64,000 nucleotides of DNA. Origin: an uncultured delta proteobacterium. Its GTDB lineage: Bacteria > Desulfobacterota > RBG-13-43-22. The notes below the pieces were generated by a model, which was not told where the DNA came from, made no database searches, and worked only from the letters and a program-made list of their open reading frames with translations. How positions within the stretch are numbered: the first letter of the stretch is position 1; each line of letters opens with the position of its first letter. Positions 1 to 9,410 of the stretch are shown here, one piece after another. A program made the translations under genes and the position numbers. Location: assembly GCA_963790475.1 (NCBI GenBank), contig CAWBOS010000012.1:672001-736000 (forward strand), in the 5' to 3' direction.

Positions 1-17
1 AAAACAAGGAGCACCTT

Positions 18-785
18 ATGACTACAGCATTGATTGGACATACCGGTTTTGTTGGAAGTGCACTTCTGCGCCAAACTCAATTCGATGAATTATATCATTC
101 GGCTAACATCCGTGAAATCCGCGGTCGATCTTTTGGTCTGGTCGTTTGTGCCGGGGCCCCGGCAGCCAAATGGCTGGCCAATCAGGAACCGGAAAAAGAT
201 CAGGCCAATCTTCAAACTCTGATAGACTCCCTCGAGGAGGTTTCGGCTGACCGTTTTGTCCTCATTTCAACCGTCGATGTTTACCGGATGCCGCCGGCTG
301 CTTATGAGGATACATTAGTTGATCCCCTTATCCTTGATCCTTATGGCCGTCATCGATTTTATTTAGAAGAATTTGTCCGACGTCATTTTAAAGATTCAGT
401 GGTCGTTCGTCTACCGGGCCTGTTCGGCCAGGGGTTGAAAAAAAATTTCATCTATGACCTGATCCATGATAACCGTCCGGATTTAACGCACCGGGACAGT
501 ATCTTTCAATTTTACGATATAGAGAATCTTTGGACAGATATCCAAAGGGTTTTAGAGAGAAAACTGCCCTTGATCAACCTGGGAACCGAACCGGTAAAAG
601 CGTCAGACGTGGCCCGGTTGTGCTTCGGAGTGGAATTTAAAAACAAAACCGAAAAGCCCCCAGCGCTTTATGATATGCGAACCCGTTTTGCCCATCTTTT
701 TGATTTAAACGGAGACTACCTCTATTCGGCCGAAGAAACCTTTGAGCGCATCCGCCGTTATGCTGGAACCCAGAGGAAGTCATGA
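18..785 (+). CDS. NAD-dependent epimerase/dehydratase-like (extended SDR) protein
   Basis: N-terminal Rossmann motif LIGHTGFVG, LISTVDVY, PYGRHR, VVRLPGLFG; SD AAGGAG upstream. Confidence 0.8.
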   Translation: MTTALIGHTGFVGSALLRQTQFDELYHSANIREIRGRSFGLVVCAGAPAAKWLANQEPEKDQANLQTLIDSLEEVSADRFVLISTVDVYRMPPAAYEDTLVDPLILDPYGRHRFYLEEFVRRHFKDSVVVRLPGLFGQGLKKNFIYDLIHDNRPDLTHRDSIFQFYDIENLWTDIQRVLERKLPLINLGTEPVKASDVARLCFGVEFKNKTEKPPALYDMRTRFAHLFDLNGDYLYSAEETFERIRRYAGTQRKS

Positions 786-1606
786 AGTCTATGAAAATAT
801 CCATTTCCAATATTGCCTGGGACCAACCTGAGGAAGAAACTGTGGCTCAAATTTTAAAAGAGAGGAATATCCCTGGAGTGGAAATCGCACCCACCAAAAT
901 ATGGACCTCTCCCTTAGAGGCTGATCCGGAAAGCCTTTCCGCCTATCGCCGTTTTTGGGAGGACCAGGGTGTCGAGATCGTTGCTCTTCAGGCCCTTTTA
1001 TTCGGGCGACCGGAGTTGACCCTCTTTGAAAGCCAAGAAAAACGGGAACAAGCCTACCAATACCTTTCACAGATTATTCGATTGGCTTCGGCCCTGGGGG
1101 CTAAGGTCCTGGTTTTCGGCTCTCCGAAAAACCGCTTGGTTGGAGATCGAGATCCCCGAAAGGTCATGGAGGAAGCGGTGGATTTTTTCGGCCGGCTGGG
1201 AGAAGTGGCCTTTGCTCATCAAACCCGATTCTGTATTGAACCCAACGCGGCCGTTTATGGGTGTGATTTTATTCGTACCGCTCGGGAAGGACAAGCCCTG
1301 GTCAAACGGGTGGACCATCCGGGATTTGGCCTTCATTTGGATGCCGGGATAATGACACTTAATGGGGAAGAGATTGAACCGGTTTTGGAGGAGTGTATGG
1401 AAACCATGGCCCATTTCCATATCAGCGAACCCCACCTGGGCCTGATTGGAGAGGGTACGACCGATCACAACCGGATTGCTGGCCATTTGCGGAAAATCGG
1501 TTATCAGGGCTGGGTGTCCATCGAAATGCGAAACGGCCTCAAGTCCGCCAACCCGGATTCGGTGCGGCAGGCCCTTGACTTTGTCATCCAAAGATATGGA
1601 CAATAA
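782..1606 (+). CDS. Sugar phosphate isomerase/epimerase (xylose isomerase-like TIM barrel)
   Basis: ISNIAW, VFGSPKNR, IEPN, LHLDAG, HFHISEP, SIEM metal ligands; ATGA overlap with upstream gene (alternative start 791). Confidence 0.85.
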   Translation: MKSMKISISNIAWDQPEEETVAQILKERNIPGVEIAPTKIWTSPLEADPESLSAYRRFWEDQGVEIVALQALLFGRPELTLFESQEKREQAYQYLSQIIRLASALGAKVLVFGSPKNRLVGDRDPRKVMEEAVDFFGRLGEVAFAHQTRFCIEPNAAVYGCDFIRTAREGQALVKRVDHPGFGLHLDAGIMTLNGEEIEPVLEECMETMAHFHISEPHLGLIGEGTTDHNRIAGHLRKIGYQGWVSIEMRNGLKSANPDSVRQALDFVIQRYGQ

Positions 1607-2426
1607 ATTGTCAGTGGAGGAAGTTGCGACTGAAACCGCATGGCAAATCCCCTCGGCTGAAATTATTGAACTGAGCCCCCGCCGCAGCCTTTACGCCGTT
1701 TGCATCCCGGTTATCAATGAAGGCGAGCGATTGAAAGAACAATTGGCTGAAATGAAGACCCGGAGGATTGACGGGCAAGCGGACATCCTGATTTTGGATG
1801 GAGGAAGTACCGATGGCTCAGTAGACCGGGAGTTTTTGAGTTCTCAAGGAGTCCGTACTCTGTTGGTCAAAACCGGACCCGGTCGATTGGGTGCACAATT
1901 GCGTATGGGGTATGCCTACGCTTTAATCCAGGGGTACAAAGGGGTCATAACCATTGACGGCAACAATAAAGACGGGGTGGAGGCCATTCCGGATTTCGTG
2001 CGTGAACTTGAGAACGGATATGATTTTGTGCAAGGTTCCAGGTATGTTCCAGGCGGCCAAGCCATCAATACCCCTTGGAGCCGGTATCTGGCCATCAAAT
2101 GGATTCATGTGCCCCTGATCAGCTTGGCGGCTGGATTTCATTACACCGATACCACCAATGGGTTTCGAGGATACAGCCGTCGTCTTTTGCTCAATCCCGA
2201 TGTTCAACCCTTCCGCGATATTTTTGGCGGGTATGAACTTTTGTTTTATTTGTCGGTTCGAGCTCCGCGGACCGGCCACCGGGTAAAGGAGATCCCTGTG
2301 GTCAGACGATATCCCGGACAGGGTCAAATGCCGACAAAAATAAGTCATTTCAGAGGGAACTGGGATCTCATTCTAATGCTCATAAAAGTTATCCTTGGGA
2401 AGTTTAAACCCATAGGAATCATCTGA
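1596..2426 (+). CDS. Glycosyltransferase family 2, polyprenyl-phosphate glycosyltransferase (DPM1-like)
   Basis: CIPVINEG, DGGSTDGS, TIDGNNKD, VQGSRY, TDTTNGFRGY; start reassigned to ATG 1596, which overlaps the previous gene end. Confidence 0.88.
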   Translation: MDNKLSVEEVATETAWQIPSAEIIELSPRRSLYAVCIPVINEGERLKEQLAEMKTRRIDGQADILILDGGSTDGSVDREFLSSQGVRTLLVKTGPGRLGAQLRMGYAYALIQGYKGVITIDGNNKDGVEAIPDFVRELENGYDFVQGSRYVPGGQAINTPWSRYLAIKWIHVPLISLAAGFHYTDTTNGFRGYSRRLLLNPDVQPFRDIFGGYELLFYLSVRAPRTGHRVKEIPVVRRYPGQGQMPTKISHFRGNWDLILMLIKVILGKFKPIGII

Positions 2427-2477
2427 ACGGTATCTAAAATAAGGACCCCTGGCCGGAGACCTTCCATCGGAAATCAA

Positions 2478-2621
2478 TAGGGTCTCTTGCAAAACTCAGA
2501 AAGACCTTTACCTTGCTCCGCCATCTGCATAATAAATTCCAGCAGGGGGCCGGAACTATCCCAAGCAACCGGCATTCGGCTTTCGCCGAAATGAAACCAA
2601 AAGCCTTTTCAAAGAGGCTTA
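2478..2621. repeat. Degenerate MITE/REP-like element
   Basis: Imperfect terminal inverted repeats (TAGGGTCTCTTGCAAAA / CTTTTCAAAGAGGCTTA) and internal hairpin TTCGGCTTTCGCCGAAATGA resembling the core of the 7173-7316 element. Confidence 0.45.
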
Positions 2622-2817
2622 TGGATAAGGTATTTTTTGTATCAAGAATAGAAAAAATTAAAGATAATTTTAAAATTGATTGACATTTGTCCCGACAAAA
2701 ATGGTTTGGTTATTATAGGGGGACAATCCCCGAAAAGAAGCCCCCCATCTATTGCAAGCCCATTTATCTTAATCTCGAGATTACTATGAGACCTTTAATA
2801 AGAATCGACAGGAGCGT

Positions 2818-2856
2818 GAAACTTGGTAAAGGGAGGAAATCTCCCTTTACCAGGTT
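2818..2856 (-). terminator. Probable intrinsic terminator of the minus-strand lipoprotein gene
   Basis: Stem TGGTAAAGGGAG/CTCCCTTTACCA about 40 nt past the stop at 2893, short T run on the minus strand. Confidence 0.5.
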
Positions 2857-2892
2857 CCTTTTAATATGGATAAGCCTTTCCCGACCCGAAAC

Positions 2893-3267
2893 TTAGGCGC
2901 GAGAATAGGTATAATCGAAGCCATGGTTATTTATGGTGATAGTGTTGTTGTTATTACTAAAGGTGATGGGAAATCCCTCAGTAACACCGCTATCAAATGT
3001 ACAGGTCAATACGCCGTTAGCTATACTACCGTTGGTGAAGCCGGCTCCCCAGGATCCAGTGCCGTCGGCTCTAAAAACAAGCGGGCCGGTACCAAGGGGG
3101 CCGCCGGTCTGGTTCCAGGTCCCCACCAATTTCTGGGTGTCTGTTTGGGTGGCGGGGGGAGGAGTAGAGGTGCTTCCTCCGCTACTGGATCCTCCGCTGC
3201 TGCAACCCATCATCCCCACGATTAAAACCAAAGTCAGTAATGCCAATAAAATCCTTCTGTTTTTCAT
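2893..3267 (-). CDS. Small lipoprotein with Ser/Gly/Thr/Pro-rich tether
   Basis: Start reassigned to ATG 3267 (SD GAGGAGG); signal MKNRRILLALLTLVLIVGMMG-C, tether SSGGSSSGGSTSTPPPAT, then KLVGTW lipocalin-like start. Confidence 0.8.
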   Translation of the reverse strand: MKNRRILLALLTLVLIVGMMGCSSGGSSSGGSTSTPPPATQTDTQKLVGTWNQTGGPLGTGPLVFRADGTGSWGAGFTNGSIANGVLTCTFDSGVTEGFPITFSNNNNTITINNHGFDYTYSRA

Positions 3268-3388
3268 CCTAAACTTCCTCCTCTTTTCTTTTTTATCCGA
3301 TCTTCCCAGGATAAAGGCAACTGTTAATTGGTTAGCTTTCCCCAATGACCTGCTAGCAACCCTGGAGTCAGGATTTATTTTGTATCCC

Positions 3389-3516
3389 TTGAGTTTCATC
3401 CAAAAACAACGACTCCGGCATTCCGACGAAAACCGGGGTGACGGAACGGAAGGAAAGACTGCCTCCTGCTTAGGGGGGATTCCGGTTTTTGCCAGACCTT
3501 TTGCAAGGTCCTCATT
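3389..3516. repeat. Degenerate MITE/REP-like element
   Basis: Imperfect ends TGAG..CAAAA / TTTTGC..CTCA with internal CATTCCGACGAAAACCGG and GGATTCCGGTTTTTGCC, related to the elements at 2478 and 7173. Confidence 0.45.
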
Positions 3517-3613
3517 AATGAATTGCCAAACCGCCAACTATCCTCGTTTTTCTTATTTCATCCTCCTTTCCTTTTAGGCCCATCTGGCCCATTGATTTTC
3601 AACATAGGAATAA

Positions 3614-3667
3614 ATGTATTTAATACATATTAACGTAATAATTAATAACTTATAAAATAACTTATAA
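3614..3667. promoter_or_regulatory. Candidate operator region: palindrome plus two perfect tandem 12-bp repeats
   Basis: ATGTATT-T-AATACAT at 3614-3628; AATAACTTATAA at 3644-3655 and 3656-3667, between divergent genes. Confidence 0.4.
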
Positions 3668-3817
3668 CTTTTATTAACAGTTTTGGCAAGGGAAAGTTGC
3701 CTGATGGTAGTGCCCGCTTTGAAGCAACTATTAGCCTGCACTTCTGATGGTTGCCTACATTACGGTACGCTTAATTTTAATGTTGAAAATAAGTATAATT
3801 CATTATAAGGTGCCGGC

Positions 3818-4309
3818 ATGCAATCAAAATCAAAATTGAACCGCCCTGGACGGCCGCCGAAATTTCATGAGCCGAGGCGTCCGATTACCATGACGCTGCC
3901 GGAACGCATTCTGGACCAACTGGCCGAGATTGATCCGGACCGAACTTGTGCCGTGGTCAAGGTCACGGAGGCTGTAGCGGGGACTGGCAAGGGCCACTTC
4001 AAGCCGGTGGAACTGGTCGAAATGGCTCCAGGGAAATCCCTGATTGTCGTCGGCCCGAGCAAAGTATTGAGAAAAATATCCTGGTTAAAACTGATCGAAA
4101 TTGCACGGACCCGTTATTTGTTGACCATTCCCTCAGGTACCTCGATCGAAGCCCTGGAAGTAGCCCTGCGCGACCTGTCCCTTAATCCGGAGTTGAAGAA
4201 AAATGAGCGCGAAAACACCATCCTGGATGAACTGTTGAACTTAATCAGCTATCAGCGGCGTACCCGGCGCCTGTCCAAAGCGGAAATCCTTATTATCGAT
4301 ACCGGCTGA
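3818..4309 (+). CDS. Hypothetical protein with N-terminal ribbon-helix-helix-like DNA-binding segment
   Basis: GRPPKF..RPITMTLPERILDQL resembles CopG/BrnA-type RHH N-termini; 163-aa ORF. Confidence 0.6.
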   Translation: MQSKSKLNRPGRPPKFHEPRRPITMTLPERILDQLAEIDPDRTCAVVKVTEAVAGTGKGHFKPVELVEMAPGKSLIVVGPSKVLRKISWLKLIEIARTRYLLTIPSGTSIEALEVALRDLSLNPELKKNERENTILDELLNLISYQRRTRRLSKAEILIIDTG

Positions 4310-4601
4310 TTGCCCGACCTTTCCATAATTCCTGCCAACAGTTATTTACCGTTAAGGCACAAGGCAGAACACTAATAGTGAGGCAGGATTGCTCAGCGCT
4401 AACTGAATAGAGGAAGCGCCGAGGGTCTTCTCTACTCTATCCGTCGTGAATAGATCAGGTTTCAGATAAAGAAAAACCTTCTTGCATGAGGATGTCTAAT
4501 CTTCTTTCCCGGCAACAATAGAAGCGGCATCAGAATAAAGATAATTGCAAATACCGTACTAATCGCCGGCCGGCCAAAAATGAACATAGGGTTTCCCTGG
4601 T

Positions 4602-7163
4602 TTAATCCATCGGAATAATCCGGACGGTATCCAAAATTAGAATTCCTTGGCCGGAGACTTTCAAGCGGACATCAACCGAAACTGGGTTTTCGACTTTAAT
4701 AATATGGGTTAGGGTGAAGGAAGGTTCTTTTCCAATTGGAAGGGACCTTTCTTCAATTTTATGGCCGGTGAATCCAATGATGAAATCGGCAATTGCCTCA
4801 ATCGAATTTTCAGCATCTCCTTTGAATACGATCTGATAATCGCCTTTTTTTAAATAAATATTGGTTAACTTGACGACCTCTAAAGGCGTTTTCTCCAAGT
4901 TCACTTTTACCCGGTAATGATGCGCCTTTGATTTTAAGGGTTCAGGGGAACCGGTAATCACAAAGGGATAGGCAGGGGTTTCTTTAAAATGCACCAGACT
5001 AAAGTAGTGCCGATAATGAATCGGCAGCCAATCATTATAATCCCAGACTCTTTCACTACGGTAATAATCCACATCAGGAAAGACATTCCATTGTCCTTGT
5101 TGGAGCATGAAAAAAAACCCGGGAAGGGTGATGGTAATAGAAATAATAATGAGAGCCCAACCGGCCAGGCGGGTCGAGAAATTTCTAATCTCAAGGAAAA
5201 AGTAAACACTAAATAAAACCAATATGGGGACCAATTCGCTCGAAAAGCGTGGTCCCACACAATAACCCCCATGCCAGTGCCCATATTTGGCATGGACCAG
5301 GAAAAAAAGCACAGCCGCCAGACCGAAAGTTATTGCCACGACAGAGCGTTTGGCCCAAAGGATTCCTCCTCCGATGATTCCCAGGACCAGAAAGGGAGAA
5401 AAAATCAGTAATCCTCGATTAGGAGAGAAAAGAGACCCCATTACCCCTTCAAGTAAAGGGGTGGTAAAATCATTCCCCGATGCCTGATAGCCATAACCCC
5501 CCAGGAGGGAATGGTACAACCCCAGGTTGACCCAGAGGGTTAAACCGATCCCTGGGAGAGACCACAAAAAAAATCGTAAAACCATTTTGGGTCTCAAGAT
5601 TGCTACCGAGGCCAAACCGGCCAGATAAAATAAAACCGTTTGCGTGCGCATCAGGGGGAGAAAGGCAAGAGGCAAGGCCGCTATGGGAAAAAATGAAGGA
5701 TCGTGCAATTGCCCTTTTGTCATAAAAAAAAGGCCCAAGCACAACAGAAGCACCGCCGGACCGTGCTGCCAGAGTTCTGCAGCCGATATGGTAACTTGGG
5801 TAGTGCCCAAGGCAAAAGCGGCTGTTAAAAGAAGGCTTAGCCAAAGTTTGCGGCTGATAAGAAAAACTATCTGATAGATAACGGCGGCTGAGAGGGAGGC
5901 TATCCAGACAGCCGTCACTTTTTGGTTCCAGGAAATCAGTTTGTGAATCGGCTCCGAAGACCAAATATATTGGATCAAGGCGGTTGGCAGGCCAAAAAAC
6001 CCCGGTCCCATAGGAAAAGTTGGGAGAAAGGCATTGCCTGTCTCGATGAATCCCCAACTTCCCTTAGCGGCTACATATTCCTTGGAGAAAAAAAGACCCT
6101 CTCCCTGGATAATCCGCCAGGGAAGAAGACCATTAAAGGTGGTATCGCCCCCGTAGCCGGAATGCCCATTGGCTAAGTAAATAACCAAAGTGGGTAAAAA
6201 AACAAACCAAATCGAAGACAGGAATAAATGCTTTCCTGGAGAAAACCATTCCTTCTTTCGCCAATACAACCCCATCGCTAAAATAAGATAGACCAGACCG
6301 GCCCATTTGGCGGTCTTAGTAAAATGGGTTTGGTAAATCAACTCCGGACCAAAATTCTTGACGGGGAGCCCAACACCCAAAACGGTCCCTATAAGAACAC
6401 CAAATGTTGCCATAATCAAGGCGACTAATAAGGGGATAAAAATACGTCGCCGAAAAAACCCGCTGGTTATAGCTAAAAGTAGGTATCCTGGAAAGGGAAT
6501 AAGCATCAGGGCTTCCCAAGAAAGTAAAAGATGTCTGTTTCCCAGTAACATGGCCACAGTTAAGATCAAGACGACCCAGGGGAAAAATAAAGGAATCCAC
6601 AGTGGCCACTGGGTAAGCCGACGAAGACCCCTTTTCCAAAAGAGAATTAATCCAGGGATAGGTAAAGCGGAGGCGATTGAAGTCAGAAGTATCGTGATCA
6701 GCATCGGGAAGGCTGGGAACGGATAGGGGGTAAGAAGGATGGCCAGACGTGGAGGACCGGTATTGATGGCTGAATAATTAGTCAGACTGTATCGTTGGAT
6801 GGCTAGTGCTTGATTAGTGGGGTTAAAAAGGGTCACCCTGGATGTAGGAATCTTATTGGTTTGGATACGAAAGAGGACTTCTTCTTGGTTGCAGGCGATC
6901 GGTTTTTCTCCGGTTTTATTGGGCTCAAGGGTGGCTCTCAGATCTCCGCAGTTTTTAAATGAATCAACCCTGAGTATGAGATCAAATCGGTTCCACCACA
7001 ACGGTAACCTATTCGTGTCCAAATATAATGGCTCACCGGCGGGCGCAAACCGGCTTGGTCCATCCAAATTCTTGGTTATATCCATGGGTCCCGTAAAAAA
7101 CAAAGATAGGGGAACAATGGCTGAAATCACAACCAAACAAAAGATCAGAAATTTTTTGTCCAT
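4602..7163 (-). CDS. Large polytopic membrane protein, GT-C-fold glycosyltransferase-like, with C-terminal beta-sandwich
   Basis: Many TM segments; GGDT loop, LWQHGP, FSPNRGLLIFSP, WHGGYCVGPRF motifs; soluble C-terminal beta-rich domain. Confidence 0.65.
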   Translation of the reverse strand: MDKKFLIFCLVVISAIVPLSLFFTGPMDITKNLDGPSRFAPAGEPLYLDTNRLPLWWNRFDLILRVDSFKNCGDLRATLEPNKTGEKPIACNQEEVLFRIQTNKIPTSRVTLFNPTNQALAIQRYSLTNYSAINTGPPRLAILLTPYPFPAFPMLITILLTSIASALPIPGLILFWKRGLRRLTQWPLWIPLFFPWVVLILTVAMLLGNRHLLLSWEALMLIPFPGYLLLAITSGFFRRRIFIPLLVALIMATFGVLIGTVLGVGLPVKNFGPELIYQTHFTKTAKWAGLVYLILAMGLYWRKKEWFSPGKHLFLSSIWFVFLPTLVIYLANGHSGYGGDTTFNGLLPWRIIQGEGLFFSKEYVAAKGSWGFIETGNAFLPTFPMGPGFFGLPTALIQYIWSSEPIHKLISWNQKVTAVWIASLSAAVIYQIVFLISRKLWLSLLLTAAFALGTTQVTISAAELWQHGPAVLLLCLGLFFMTKGQLHDPSFFPIAALPLAFLPLMRTQTVLFYLAGLASVAILRPKMVLRFFLWSLPGIGLTLWVNLGLYHSLLGGYGYQASGNDFTTPLLEGVMGSLFSPNRGLLIFSPFLVLGIIGGGILWAKRSVVAITFGLAAVLFFLVHAKYGHWHGGYCVGPRFSSELVPILVLFSVYFFLEIRNFSTRLAGWALIIISITITLPGFFFMLQQGQWNVFPDVDYYRSERVWDYNDWLPIHYRHYFSLVHFKETPAYPFVITGSPEPLKSKAHHYRVKVNLEKTPLEVVKLTNIYLKKGDYQIVFKGDAENSIEAIADFIIGFTGHKIEERSLPIGKEPSFTLTHIIKVENPVSVDVRLKVSGQGILILDTVRIIPMD

Positions 7164-7172
7164 CTCACCTTA

Positions 7173-7316
7173 TTGATAATATCTCAAAAAGTCGTCACGC
7201 CGGTAAAAACCGGTCCCGCCTAGGCGGGATGGATTCCGGCTGGAGTCTATCCCGCACTTGATGCGGGACCGGAATGACCCCCAAAGGTGGTTTCCGACTT
7301 TTGGCGAGCCCATCAA
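7173..7316. mobile_element. MITE/REP-like palindromic element
   Basis: Terminal inverted repeats TTGATaataTCtCaAAAAGTC / GACTTTTgGcGAgcccATCAA (15/21 match); nested palindromes CCCGCCTAGGCGGG and CCCGCACTTGATGCGGG; GGATTCCGGC..CCGGAATGAC core. Confidence 0.65.
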
Positions 7317-7462
7317 TGTTAATTCGTTGAGGATAGGTAACAATCAGGATTTATAAATGGGAAGAGTATAGAATAGTGCTGGAACGAGGGTCAAGGATAA
7401 AACAGGGTTAGATCAAAAGGAAGATCCCGTCAGGGGAGAATCCCTTAAGCAGACCTTCCTTG

Positions 7463-8089
7463 TTATGATAAAACATAGGATCGGATCGCATTGGCATATA
7501 CCTGATATCCTGCTTCGTTCAGGTGGATGCCATCGGGAAGATAATAGTTCAAATTAATGATAGTAGATGAATCTTTAAACAGGCTGTAGATGGATATGAA
7601 TTTCACCCCCCTCATGTCACACAAGGATTGAATTTGATTATTCAAACTTTCGATAAGGGTATTAGAAAAATTATCTTTCACCGGGAGGATTGATATAATA
7701 AAAATTTTCGTTACCGGAGATACCGCCCTGATTTTGGCAATGATTAAATCAAGATCACTTACCACATACCCTTCATGACGGTTTAAAACATTATTCGCCC
7801 CAACCGAAATAAATATCTTATTGGGTTTGAAGGCGACATATCCTTCAATGTTATTTTTCAGCTCAGTGCTTTCTATACCTCCCACCGCTCGATTATCGAT
7901 GGGAATTCCGAAATAGGAACTCCAATTTCCGCGAGCAATCGTAGAAGCACCGGTAAAGACAATCTTTTGTTGGGATGAGGAGGTGTCCGTAGAACTCCCT
8001 CCGCTTTGCGTCGTTCCTGATCCGGAACTGCTGCAACCACCAAGCCCAACAACCAGCAGCAAGATCATCCACAGGGATAATTTATCCAT
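7463..8089 (-). CDS. SGNH/GDSL-family esterase lipoprotein
   Basis: Lipobox LGG-C, Ser/Gly tether; blocks FTGAS, NRAVGG, GANN, DGIHLN. Confidence 0.85.
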   Translation of the reverse strand: MDKLSLWMILLLVVGLGGCSSSGSGTTQSGGSSTDTSSSQQKIVFTGASTIARGNWSSYFGIPIDNRAVGGIESTELKNNIEGYVAFKPNKIFISVGANNVLNRHEGYVVSDLDLIIAKIRAVSPVTKIFIISILPVKDNFSNTLIESLNNQIQSLCDMRGVKFISIYSLFKDSSTIINLNYYLPDGIHLNEAGYQVYANAIRSYVLS

Positions 8090-8216
8090 TGTGAATTAAT
8101 CCTAACTAATATTTGGTTGTACGAAAGGAATATAAAAAAGCGTTATTAATAACACACCCTCTTCCAGAAATGTCAAGAAAATTATCCAGAAAATATTTTT
8201 TTTGGACCAATAATTA

Positions 8217-8246
8217 TTGACAAATATACCAGTTCATCTTTATAAC
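8217..8246 (+). promoter_or_regulatory. Sigma-70-like promoter of the opgC-like gene
   Basis: TTGACA (8217-8222), 18 nt, TATAAC (8241-8246); ATG 7 nt downstream with no SD. Confidence 0.45.
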
Positions 8247-8253
8247 TGCTTCC

Positions 8254-9357
8254 ATGGAAAGAGATATTCGTTTAGATGCCCTCAGGGGTCTCGTGTTGGT
8301 CTGGATGACCATCAATCACTTGAGCGGCCCCCTGCATGCCTACAGTTTTGAAACCCTCGGTTTCCAGTCCTCTGCTGAAGGCTTTGTATTCATTTCAGGA
8401 ATTGTTGCTGGAATGGTCTATGGTCGTATCGGCTTGAATCAAGGCAGGGCCTTTCTGAAAAAACGCGCCTTCCGGCGATTTCTCGATATCTACATGTTTC
8501 ACATGGCGGCCTTTATCGTTGTCATGATCCTTGAAATATCCATAACAAACAAAAATTACGCATCCTTCTTTAGATGGATGAATCCTCTTCCCTTGGAATC
8601 TCCGATGCTCGCCTTGGGCTTGGGAGCCGTATTCCTCATGCAGCCTGCCTTGTTGGACATCCTGCCCATGTATTGTCTATTTTTATTAATGACCCCATTC
8701 ATTATTAATCTTTTTAAAAAGAAATATGGGTGTTGGTGTGTCTTGGCAGGCAGTTTTTTAATATGGGCACCGGCCACTTATACTTCCTGGGACAACCTTC
8801 AAAGATATGGCGAGCATTTCCTTCCCCTTAACTTTGGATTTTTTGATCCCTTTGCCTGGCAATTTCTCTTTGTTGGAGGATTGTTCTTCGGTTTCCGGCG
8901 TTATACCGCCAAAACCGTTCCCATAAAAAAATCTCTGATCATCATTTCCCTACTGATTTGGATCGGGTTATTACTATTTCGTTACAAGATCCTTCCATCC
9001 AATTTATTGGGGTTTGATATTCATTTCTTAACCATCCGGGAAACATTCGGGCCCTTGAGGGTGATCAATTTGGCCGTCATCGCCTACCTCATCACCTGCT
9101 TTGGAAGTCGATTTCCAAAACTCTTGAAATGGCCCTGGTTTTCTTATCTCGGCCAGCATTCTCTTCAGGTTTTTACTTTTCACCTGGTGCTGTTATACTC
9201 AATAATTCCCCTATACAACAGCCTGATTATTCCCGCAGGTTGGACCGGGATCATTGCCGCTGATGTAGTAATTCTCAGCTCATTGACTATTCCGGCCTGG
9301 CTGCATGTCCGGTATCGAAAATTCATGGGCAGAAAAGGATCCGCAGCCAATCCTTGA
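8254..9357 (+). CDS. OpgC-family membrane acyl(succinyl)transferase
   Basis: RDIRLDALRG, INH, SAEGFVFISG, LDILPMY, FDPFAWQFLF, LGQHSLQVF. Confidence 0.85.
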   Translation: MERDIRLDALRGLVLVWMTINHLSGPLHAYSFETLGFQSSAEGFVFISGIVAGMVYGRIGLNQGRAFLKKRAFRRFLDIYMFHMAAFIVVMILEISITNKNYASFFRWMNPLPLESPMLALGLGAVFLMQPALLDILPMYCLFLLMTPFIINLFKKKYGCWCVLAGSFLIWAPATYTSWDNLQRYGEHFLPLNFGFFDPFAWQFLFVGGLFFGFRRYTAKTVPIKKSLIIISLLIWIGLLLFRYKILPSNLLGFDIHFLTIRETFGPLRVINLAVIAYLITCFGSRFPKLLKWPWFSYLGQHSLQVFTFHLVLLYSIIPLYNSLIIPAGWTGIIAADVVILSSLTIPAWLHVRYRKFMGRKGSAANP

Positions 9358-9410
9358 CGGCTTCTTCCTTAAAAAAATAAACAAGGCGGATCACGACCAG
9401 GTTGTCTTGA

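Noticed and set aside
3290-3400. Possible c-di-GMP riboswitch in the lipoprotein leader
   Set aside because: GEMM core (GGCAAA..GAAA..GACGCAAAGC) not found in correct order.
2933-3577. 214-aa plus-strand ORF and the 5' extension of the minus ORF to 3537
   Set aside because: Shadow of the lipoprotein gene; the extension crosses a MITE-like element and the SD plus signal peptide place the start at 3267.
3680-3760. Fluoride-riboswitch-like ends (GGCAAGGG..CTGATGGTTGCCTAC)
   Set aside because: 5' GGxGAUGGxGUUCxCC pattern and pseudoknot pairing do not fit and the downstream gene is not fluoride-related; an Infernal search would be needed.
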